Shown here: piece by piece, positions 37,361 to 49,300 of the stretch | How the letters are laid out: each line of letters opens with the position of its first letter | Numbering within the stretch: the first letter of the stretch is position 1 | From: Octopus sinensis | Taxonomy: Eukaryota | Reading direction: 5' to 3' | DNA: 64,000 bases | Assembly (NCBI RefSeq): GCF_006345805.1 | Contig: NC_043007.1 | Coordinates: forward strand, 22,444,001 to 22,508,000 | Position numbers and translations under genes: made by a program | Notes under the pieces: generated by a model | Told to the model about the DNA's origin: nothing | Seen by the model: the letters and a program-made list of their open reading frames with translations, nothing else | The model's database searches: none

Positions 37361-40300
37361 CATACTGGGAGAAAGGAAAGAAACGAAACGAAACTACGCG
37401 AGGGCGCTCAGTCATACAATAATGTAATAAATAAAATATATGCATACATACATACATATATGTACGTACCTACATCTACATGTATATATACATGCATATA
37501 TAAATATATATATGTGAGTACAGGACACCACAAATAGACGTAGAACTCAACGAGAAACAAAAACATAAAAACAAACATGGAAACGGACTTTTTTTAACAA
37601 CAAAAAAACAGAACACAGGACAAACAACACAAGGAACATTCCCCTTCATCAGCTGTCTCCGGTTCGACTCCATGCATGTTTCAAAGGTAAGGACAGGACA
37701 TGCTCGTTGGACCGGTCCTTCCTGCGAGGGAATTAAATAAAATTTCCCTTGCAGAGGGGTAAAAACAAGGAAAGAAAAAAAATTTGACAAAAGCAGGACG
37801 TAAAAGCAATACTAATAAAAATACAAATACAAAATAAAAATACAAATATAAAAAAATACAGTACACATAAAGAATAAAAACAGGACAAAAAAAAACAAAC
37901 ATTGAGGGCCTTTTTTAGCCTAGATGAGGAAAAAAATTCAGAGCGCAGGAAATAAGTCGTCTTGACTTGTAGCAGGCTGGAGTGAAAAGGAAGTAAGGCC
38001 GACTCAGCCGTAAGATCTTCCATGATCTATGTATGATTATATATCTCTGCATATCTTTCATGGCTCAGTTCTGAAAGAACTGAGTAGAGCCTCAGTTCTT
38101 TTAGCCTCTCCCAGTAACTCACCTGTTGTACTGAGGCAATCTTCTTGATGTCATAGCATCGGTTGCTTCGAGCTCTGCTGTTTGAAACCTTGTGGCAACC
38201 ATAATTTGGGAGCAGTAATCCAGGTGTCAGAGCCCAAATGTTCTTCACAGGAGCAACATAGCTTATTTTCTTCCGTGTTCCGAATGTCTCAGAACCTAAC
38301 CATTCCGCCACCTGCATGCATAGAGAATGAGACATCATTGTTCATGTGGATTCCCTGGTCACACACTGATTCCGACTCCAGGATTACACTACCCACTGGT
38401 CCTATGTATTCTAATTGCAGTCTGCTTGTGGGCTGATAGCAGAGTGTTTGATATTTCTCAGTATCGAAATGCTTGCTGTTTTCTTCAGCCCACTTGTAGT
38501 ATATTGGAGCCTGGTGCAGCGATCTGGTTCGCCAGCCCTCAGTCAAAATCATCCAACCCATGCTAGCATGGAAAGCAGACGTTAAATGATGATGATGATG
38601 TCCTTCTGTGGTTTTGAGCTCTCATCAGGGTCCACGATTGCTTATGATACTTTTGTATCATAAGCATAGCTGTTAAGTCATAAGGATAACTTATGACTAA
38701 GGGCATATTTGAGATAGTCACTGTGTGCAGTAGTGGTTCCAGTACAGTTCCCTAAGGGACTCTGCTTAGAGTTGATGTCTCCTTACAGAAGGCCCAATTA
38801 GCTGTGACTTCTACCTTTTAAAAAATCATACAGCTACCCACTTAGTTTTCAGTAATACCAGTAGCATGCAATCTGTGACTCATCATCTCATCAACTTTGC
38901 TGAAAGCTTTTGGAAAAGTTGAGATGTATCACACACAGATCCTTGTTTTTTTTACATCTATGATATTTAGTCCTTTAAGTTTTCTGTCAATCGACATCTT
39001 TTGAAATTGTTGGCCCTTTCTTTTCCTTCTTTGTAGTCCCTTCTGCTATAGTGGCCTCAAGCGTTGTTAGGGGACATACAATGAAGGGTTGTGGTACAGG
39101 GTTCATTTGATCAAATTGATGTCTTCTACCTGATGAAGTAGTACAAGCCATTCTAGTTAGCACCAGCTGGCGTGGAGGCGCAATGGCCCAGTGGTTAGGG
39201 CAGCGGACTCATGGTCGTAAGAACATGGTTTCAATTCCCAGACTGGGCATTGTGAGTGTTTATTGAGCAAAAACACCTAAGCTCCATGAGGCTCCGGCAG
39301 GGAGGGGGGTGAACCCCGCTGTACTCTTTCACCAGAACTTTCTCTCACTCTTTCTTCCTACTTCTGCCACAAAGCAGAGGAACCATGGTGTAACCCATTA
39401 TGGTGTGCTAAACTTTCAGACCCTAGTCTAGATTGTGAATTCTCGGTACCCCAGGACGGTTCAGCTCTCCACCCGTTAAAAGCCACCATTTACGGAATGA
39501 GGATAACAACGTAGTTTTCGCGCCCGTGCAACCGCCAGTCTATCACATGTGGTGGGTGGATCTTGAAGTTGCCACATGCATTCTTAGTAGCTTAGAGTAG
39601 GCTTGAATTAGAGATTATTCTTTGTGGCTAATGGCGTGAGTCCTGATTGGAAGAAAAAGAAGAAAGCACCAAATGGGGTATATTTAGTTGAGTAAATATC
39701 TTCATAAATACAACTCCATTCTCATATAAAGCAAACATTAGAGCCTTTTTCTTCCTTTCTTTCCTTTTTTTTCAGCTGATAATTCCTTAGTTTATGAAAT
39801 ATTGATGTACTTTGCAGAATCTTAAATGTCAAATAGACAATGAAATTCTGAAATAATATTCCATCATCTATTTTTCATCATATGTAATACAAATTAATAT
39901 CGTTGTGTGTATGTCCGTGTGTGCATGTGTGTGTATACATACATGTATGTGTGTGTATACATACATGCATGTGTGTGTATACACATACACACACACACAC
40001 ACATATATGTATATATTTGTATATATATACATACAAATATCATCATTGTCAATTTTAGCATCACTTTTACATGTTTGCTTGGATTTGTGTTTGTAAATAT
40101 ATATATATATATGTGAGTGTGTATACACACAGACACATGCATGCACACATGCACATAGACACACACACATTCTCACATACACACACAGATATTGCTTGAT
40201 CATTTTGTGAAGCACTTTGGGTAAATGTTGTCTACTATAGCCTTGAGTTGATCAATAATCTATGAGCTGAATTTGGTTCGGCAAAAACTCTGTGTGTGTG

Positions 40301-43300
40301 TGTAAGGATGTTATCTTCCACCAGTTTTTGTAAGTATAGAAAGTTAACATTAGTGAAACCAAGTCCAATACACCAAATTACTAGTACTTTCTTGTCACTC
40401 TCGCCCCCAGGAATACATTGAGCCAACAGCATTATCATTCACCATGTCTAGTATGAAAGAGATGAAAACAGGTACCAATTCATGACATGAGGATTGTAGT
40501 CAGCTTCATTAGCGCTTTGGCTATTTTTCTTTCTCATTAACAGTCACAGAACATCATCATCATCATTGTTTAATGTCTGCTTTCCATGCTAGCATGGGTT
40601 GGACGATTTGAGGAGAACTTTAACATGAAATAACTTCCAAAATATAAAGTTTTCTCAAAAACGCTAAGAGTAAAAGATGTTTTATATGACACATTCTACC
40701 AGTGTCCGAAGTTTGAAAGTGTTTGGTTACAAAAAATTATTTTTAAAATCTGTCAGTCAAAAGGTAAAGATCTCATTGTTTTGTTTGTGAGCCTCACAGA
40801 GGCCATGACAAGTGACAAGTGACCGAGATCTTTGATAATATATCATGCTTGAGAAGACTTGTCAAGCTAAGTGGGATCGTAGTTGTGGCCAATGTTGGTG
40901 TTTTGTAACTGGTACCTTTGCCATGTAAAAAGCACCCACTACTCTCTTGGAGTGGTTGGTGTTAAGGAAGGGCACCCAGCTGGAGAAACCATGTCACATC
41001 AGATTGGAACCTGGTGCAGCTCCACAGCTTACCAGTTTTCAATCAAACTGTCCAACCCATGCCAGCAAGGAAAACGGACATTAAATGATGATGATGATGA
41101 GTTTATCATATTCTTTTATGTTTTACTTGTCTCTGTCATATGGGGACGTAGCCATGCTGGGACACTCCCTTTAGGGGTTTAGTTGAACAAATTGGCCTTT
41201 GTAGTTATTTTTCAAGACTGGTGCTTATTCTACTGACCTCTGTTGCCAAACTGCTTAGTTATGGGGACGTAAACAAACCAACACTGGTTTTTGAGCAGTG
41301 GGGTGGGGGAGAACAAAGACACAAACACACACACATACATACAGTGGGATTCCACACAGTTTCCATTTATCAAATTCAATCACAAGTCATTTGTTGACCC
41401 AGGGCTATAAGTAGAAGACACTTGTCCTGTGTGCCACACACTGGAAGTGAACTGGAAACCACATTGTTATAAACCCAGGGTGATCAATGCTTTGTGAGTG
41501 AATTTATTAGACAGAAACTGTGTGTGTATAAGTAAAAGATATTGTTTTATTTATTTATTTAAAATATATATATATATATATATATAATTTTTTTTTTCTT
41601 TTCTTGTCTCTTGTAGAATCAGTACATATAAATACTGGTCTTTTAGCTCTCGGCAATGTTATCAGTTCACTTGCTGACTCAAAGAAAAAAGCCAAACACA
41701 TTCCTTACAGAGATTCCAAAATTACCAGAATCCTCAAGGTAGGTTAATGATCAAAACCATTGCTTAAGAAATTCCAGTGTTGTCAGGTGAAGAATATATA
41801 AAACATGCTTTATGAGTTGCATATAGTTTTTGACATCTACAATTCATTTGTAAGACATCTCCACTGGAGGTCAGTAATCCTAGACACTTTCTTGCATTCT
41901 TGCTTTTATATCTCTATATATATAAACGGCAAAAAATCTCTGTGTGTGTCCTTTATACAAATCCACACTTTCTATGGTCATTCAAAACTATCCAAGGGTG
42001 GTCGTGCACATCTTTACATTTCCCCAGTCATCCCGCAAAGCCATTAAAAAAATCAATAGGAGTGACTTTTTTGTAAATTTTCTATCCAAAACCCAATCAA
42101 AATGCATGAAACTTGATACGCCAATTGAATGCCAGCTAGCTGTATGTGATTGGTCTGACATTTGGACAGTACTCGCCTGTATGTGCGCACACACGCAGCT
42201 GTATATGCATGCACTAGCACTATGACCTGGCAACGCCGGGTCATAGTGCTAGTCTAATATAGAAATATTATTATTTCTAAGTCTCTCTAAAGGTAAATAA
42301 TCCTTCGAACAGACGGTCAGTAGCGATGCCTGCTGGGTTCGGCTACTCTGCATTGATAAAGGGCAAATACCCTGAAACATGTCTGCAGATGCCTGACCAG
42401 CAAGGGGAAGTGGCTGACCTCCCCTGTTTGAAGGTTATAATGGACGCAGGTTTGTGTGTCATATGGCTAGCTAGAGGCGATGGCCTCTTGGAGCTAATCA
42501 ACGGCAGCTTTCATCCTATATTTATGGGCTGCCATATTAGCTTGCTGATAACTATTAATATAGGTTTTATATCTCTTTCTGCTCATAATTATTTTTCATT
42601 GTCTTTTTCTCATGAACTTATTATCTTTAATATCACCATGATCACCATGACCGACCAGGCTATCAGATGTTGCTACACATCGCTGGTCACAATGTGCTTC
42701 GCATTGTTTTAGCCTTCGAATGACGCCACCCCGCTGGCTAAGCAAGCTGGCCAACAGAAGAAATAGTGAGAGAAAGTTGCGGCGAAAGAGTACAGCAGGG
42801 ATCGCCACCACCCCCTGCTGGAGCCGCATAGAGCTTTAGGTCTTTTCGCTCAATAAACACTCACAACACCCGGTCTGAGAATCAAAACCACGATCCTATA
42901 ACTGCGAGTCTGCTACCCTAACCACTGGGCCATTGTACCTCCACATATCTTCAATATATATACTGAAGTATGGTTCTCTCAGTGTATTATTAATGAAATG
43001 CTGCATTTAACTTGTTATAAAGAAATTTTTCTCCATAGACAAAATATCTGTGGAATCCATTTCCAGTTTGATTCAGTTTTGGACTAAATATTTGGCAAGG
43101 GGTCTAGATTTCTGGATTCTCCATTTTTCTGAGAACTGCCTAAATATATACTTAAAATGTAAAATGAAAGTAAATAATTAAATTGTATTTAACAAATTCA
43201 AATTAATACATTTCTGAAGTGGGATTCTTTTTGATAATTGTTTTAAAATATTGGGTTGTCCGGAAAGTTTGCGCCGATTTATAGTAGCTTAGCTTTTGAC

Positions 43301-46300
43301 TTATTTTAGAACATGGTTGAGTCCATAAAATAGGATTTGACTACACGTCCATTTAGAGCACAGTTTAAGCTATCTTTTCGTGGAAGAAGGTTTATCTTCC
43401 TATAACCTGTGTTAATTCTATAACCCTTTAAAATGGAAGATAAGAAAGTTCATTTTTGGCACTTGATGCTTTTCTTTTTCTGTAAAGGGAAAAATGCCCC
43501 ACAAGCGACCAAAGAAATATGCACAGTTTACGGTGATGTTTCTTTATAAATAATGTGTTTGTTGTTTATTTGACATCCCTCTTGTTTTCCTTACAGGATT
43601 CCCTTGGCGGCAATGCTCAGACACTGATGATTTGTTGTGTTAGTCCTGCAGTTTCTGGCTTTGATGAGACCTTGAATTCCCTTAAATATGCTAACAGAGT
43701 AAGGCTGATATTTCTACTTCCTCTTGTTTGTAATTAACAACAGCTTTAACTCGTTAGCACTCGGATCGTTCTGCCAAATGTGATGCTTATTTATTCACAT
43801 TGTTTTAAATTAATTATGTGTTGTCTCATAGCTTTGAGGTTTCAACGATGTGATTAATTATTTTCAAGATGACATTGTAGGGCAGGTGTGAGAGGCCATT
43901 TCTGACTGGTTTGAACATAAAACAGGTAGGATATTTGGGGCCAGATATGGCTGGTTTAAATGGGATTAAAAAAGGTTAAAAAATAAGGGGTTAAAAAATA
44001 CTCACAGAGACCACTGGAGTCTTTGTTATTATTTTCACATCTGTTACATCTGAAATAAACCCTTCATTAACTCTTTCGTTACTGTATTTATTTTGAGATA
44101 CTCTGTGTTTCTTTCAATTACTTTAAATATTACAAAGAATTTAGTAAAATAACTTAGTTATCATTCAGCTAGTGTTAGGAACATAAATTGTGACTAATGT
44201 TTGGTGGAAGATTTTAATTCAGAACTTATGAAAACAAGACATTTTACCACAGAGCCAGAGCCGGTTTCAGCCGGGTTAGTATCAAAAGGGTTAACAGAGA
44301 TATCCAGTCAATTAGGTGTTTGTAGGTAACGAGCCTCAAAGGTTTAGTACCAAGTACTGCCACTTCTGCTACTATTTGAATCGTCTTCACATTTTTTCTT
44401 TTATCATCTTCATGCATTTCCATTTCTTTACATTCTGAGTTCAAATCCCACTCTTTGTCTTTGAATCTTCATGGGTCAATTAAATAAATACCAGTTGACT
44501 ACAGGAATCCTTATAATCAATTGTTCTATCTCCTCAAATTTGTGCCTGAGGCAAAAGCTCTCCTCCTCCTCCTCCTCTCTCTCCTCCTATCTCCTCTTCC
44601 TCCTTCTCAGCTTCCTCCTCTCTCCTCCTTTCTCCTCCTCCTCTGCCTCCTCTTTTTCTTCCTCCTCCTCCTCCTCCCCATCATCATCATCAGTATTAAT
44701 AGTAGTGATGATGGTGGTGATGACAGCAGCAGTGTAGTATCAGAGGTACCACCACCTCCACCATCTTTACTACTAATACTACTACTGCAACTACAGCTAC
44801 TACTACTGATGATGATGATGATGATTTTAGTACAAGGCCAGCAATTTTAGCGGGAGGGGTACTTGACTAGTGTTTTATTTTATCAACTCTGAAAGGATGA
44901 GAGTTGACCCCAACAGAATTTGAAATCAGGATGTAATAAGTTGGATTAATAATAATGGCAAATTCATGTTTTTTTCCTTCCAGGTGAAAGACATCCGAAA
45001 TAAACCCATCATTAATAGAGATATCCAGTCAATTCGATTTGAGGAGATGCAGACAGAAATCCTTGTGAGTTGTTATTAATATCATCTGATGCTTTTGTTG
45101 TTGAAGAACTTAATGTCGGTAGATTATTCAGGGATTACATTATCAACCATCTTACAAACAATAACTCTGAGCACCTTTTCGAACTCCACCCGTCTAACAC
45201 CCATGGACATGTTTACAAAGTCAGAAAACAGCACAGCTCCCATGACTTTAGGAAACATTTTTTCACGCTGAGAGTTGCTGAAGCATGGAACAAACTGCCA
45301 GCATCAGTTGTTAGTTGTCGGAGCACTGCATCCTTCAAAATTATTAACCATCTTACAAACAATAACTCTGAACACCTTTTCAAACTCCACCCGTCTAACA
45401 CCCATGGACATGTTTACAAAGTCAGAAAACAGCACAGCTCCCATGACTTTCGGAAACATTTTTGCACTCTGAGAGTTGCTGAAGCATGGAACAAACTGCC
45501 GGCATCAGTTGTTAGTTGTCGGAGCACTGCATCCTTCAAAACTTCCATGCTTCCTGAGATTTGCCAACACTACACCTGATTTTCTCCCCTCCATACACAC
45601 GCAAGCATGTATCTGACTCATACACTGTTCACTTTCCAGACATTTGTACATTACTGCATATGCTTTATACGCACTTTCTGACAAGTTGTGGTGCACCTGA
45701 GCACTGTATACAATAATTTCATTATATTACAGTCACACCACAAACATACAGCTCTTATTTAGTTATTGTCAGCTTCGAGAAAACAAAAATGTGTAAAATA
45801 CACACAAACGGGAAGGTCAATCCACTTTGCTCTACTCCTTCCTTAATTGTAAGTGGATTTGTGTCAATGGAATAAATTATTATTGTAGCCTTACTGATAA
45901 CCTGTGCAAATTTCTTAGTTAATTCTGAAATCGTTTTTTTGTCCCCTCTTTCACTTTTACTCTCTTCTTCATTGAAGATTCTCCTTAAACCTTCAGATTT
46001 CTTTCATTTCAGAATTTGCGAGAGGAACTGGCACGTCAACAAACCCGTCTGTTCAGTGCTGGCGATGGTGATGGTAACAGCACTAGTGACCTTGACAAAG
46101 AGAGATTTTCAACTCAGAGCAGTAACATAAAGGATATGGAAGAGAAAATTCTCAGGTTTAATCATAAAGCCTTTATAAATGGTTGGATGTGTATATCTAT
46201 TATATAAAATCCGTTCTGTCTGTCTGTGTGTGTGTCTTCTAGAATCTCGGGCATCCTCCATCCGATTGTGCTCAAATTTGATATGTAGATACCGATGGTA

Positions 46301-49300
46301 TCAGGGTGTGTATAAGTCTTGAGAAAATTACAAAAATCGATTCCAGGCAAGAATGCAATTGATAAAGCATATTTGTGTGAATAAAATCATTTGTCTTTGG
46401 AGTAGAAAAACAGTCTATTTCTTCTTTTGTTGGTGTCTCAAATTTAGGTTAAATCAGTGTTTCTCAAAGGGGAGGCCTATGGAACGGTCGGACAAGTTGT
46501 TTCAAGAAAATTTGATTTAAATGTTTGACAACTCAGCACCGTCCATTGGACAGGGTTGGGGTGGGAGCGTTTTACTCGTGTGTATATATTATTAGCATCT
46601 CTCCATGCTGGCATGGCTTAGACAGTTTGATTGGATCCAGTTTGATTGGTTCCAGTTTGATTGGTGCCAACCACCTTACTCAGTATATTGGATGTGTGTG
46701 TTTGTGACACCAGCACTATTGATTGAAGTCATCCTGCAACTTGCAAGAATAAAGCCCCTAAAGTGGCTCCTATAACTGAAAGAGAATGGAAGGGAGAAGA
46801 AAGAAAGAAAGAAGATGAAAGAGAGAGAGAAAGGAGAGAAAAAGAGAGAGCAAAAGAAGAAGAGAGAGAGAGTGCGATGATTTTAGGCAAGGTGATAAGA
46901 GAAGATGAAATATGCTAAAAGGGACAGGTTTTTAGTTGGTTTTAGGAAGGGTTAGGGTCCAGCCGTAGAAACCATGCCAAAGCTGACAGTTGGAGTTTGA
47001 CGTGGTCTTGCAGCTCTCCAAATCCTGTCTAACTGTCCGGCCCATGTCAGCATGGAAAATGGACATTAAATGGTGATGCTGGCAGATACTGGTGTCACGT
47101 AACTGGCGCCAATGCCAGTGACATGTGAGAGCACCCATTACACCCTCAGAGTGTAATGGCGTTAGGAAGGGTAACCAGCCATAGAGACCATACCAATCAG
47201 CTTTCCATCCCTGGTCAAACCGTCCAGCCCATGCCAGCATGGACAACGGACGTTAAATAATGATGATGATGGTGGTGGTGGTAATGGCGAGAGTAAAAGA
47301 GTAATCACTATTGGGGGAGAGTATTGAAGGAACAGGAGAAAGGGATGGGATTAGAAGGGGACAGTTGTAAGGGTCATGAGGTTGGTTGTGAACAGGACGC
47401 TAAGGGCTGTCCCCATATTTATTTTAAGAGTGAGTATGAGAGGAAGGTGTGCAAGAAGAGAATATGAGGGAACACAAAAGAGAGAAAATAGATGCAGGTG
47501 TAGTTGTGATACCTGTGCCGGTGGCACATAAAATGCACCATTCGAACATGGCTGATGCCAGCGCCACCTTGATTGGCTTCCATGCTGGTGGCAGGTAAAA
47601 AGCACCAATCGATCGTGGCCGTTGCCAGCCTCGCCTTGCACCTGTGCTGGTGGCATGTAAAAAGCACCCACTACACTCACAGAGTTAGGAAGGGCATCAA
47701 GCTGTAGAAACACTGCCAGATCAGACTGGAGCCTGGTGCAGCCTCCTGGCTTCCCAGACCCCGGTCGAACCATCCAAACCATGCTAGCATGGAAAACGGA
47801 CGTTAAATGATGTTGATGATGATGATGATGTGGTGAGGATCCAGAGAGGGTCACTGAAGGAGAGGTGTAAGGGTTATGGAGGTAGGCCAGAAAGGGAGAG
47901 AATATAGGGTGTTGAGGTAATGGGGAAGATGTAGTGGAGGAAGGGGAATGAGAGACAAAGAAGTAGAGAGGGATTTTGATGGAACTTGGATCAAATTTGA
48001 TCCAATTTCCATCAACATTATACATATAACTCTCAGGTGTATACATATTTTTAAAGTGTGCTTCTTAAACACTTTTACTCTACATCTGATGATTGCCAGA
48101 AGTGGTTTGTCATTTTAACATTTATTCTCACACTCATCATCATCATCATCATCATTGTTTAACGTCAGCTGGCATGGGTTGGACGGTTCAACCGGGGTCT
48201 GGGAGGCCAGGAGGCTGCACCAGGCTCCAGTCTGATCTGGCAGTGTTTCTACAGCTGGATGCCCTTCCTAACGCCAACCACTCCGTGAGTGTAGTGGGTG
48301 CCTTCCATGTGCCACCGACACAGGTGCCAGGGGAGGCTGGCAACGGCCATGATCAGTTGGTGCTTTGTAAATCTGTAATTAAACTTTGCCAATGTTGAAC
48401 TATTGGCTTGTAGGTTTCGTTCAACCAAGCAAAACCAGAGCATGTTTTAAACCTGGTAGTTATACCATAGGACTCTTTTGCTGGACAACTAAGCTATAGG
48501 ATGCAAACAAACCAACAAAGTTTGATCAATTATAATGTCCAATACAACATTTCAGTATGTATGCCATGCTAATCTTCTAACATGATGTCTGAATATTTGT
48601 TTGACATGCAGACTGCAAGCAGAGTGCCACCATTATCAGCAATTATCAGAAGAGGCCTACAAACAACTGCTGCAAATACAGGAACGAGATATTCTATCTA
48701 AAAGCCAGAACCTTTCTTTAAATGATTGGTTAGAGTTGAGAGAAGAGGTGAGTAAACACCAATTTTCTGTTCCTGCACCATAACAATGGGTTTTACATTT
48801 CCCCTCCTTTCAATTTTCTGTGGTCCTTCTTGGTACCTTATAGCTTTTCTTGCAGGCTATTAACCAGTTTTCTATCTGTGCTAGTGGAGCGCTAAGAGTA
48901 CCATTTGAACGTGATTGTTGCCAGAGCAAGAAGCTGGCCTCCATGCCGGTGGCACATGAAAAACATCATTCGAGTGTGATCGTTACCTGCGTTGCCTTAC
49001 AAGCGAGGTCGTTGCCAGTGCCATACAATAAGGCTTTCTCTGCACTAAGGACCCTTTGTTGTTACTATTTGGCCTTCCTCTATCTGTTAGCTATGGCTAT
49101 GAACCATTTCTTCTTTTTTTTTTCTTTTTTTTTTGCAGATCATGAAGAATGTCACATCTTCAGTCAATATAACTGAATATTGGAATAAACAGAAAATAGA
49201 AGAACTTCAAGCTGATATCAAGAAGGTATGAAGGGCAGTTTGTGCTGTGTCATCTGATAAGATAGTGTAATGCATAATACGCATGATACATACATTCAGG

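Noticed and set aside
46625-46665. Three AGTTTGATTGG repeats resembling CCAAT boxes
   Set aside because: Lies in a degenerate RTE-tail-like segment mid-intron, with no other promoter evidence.
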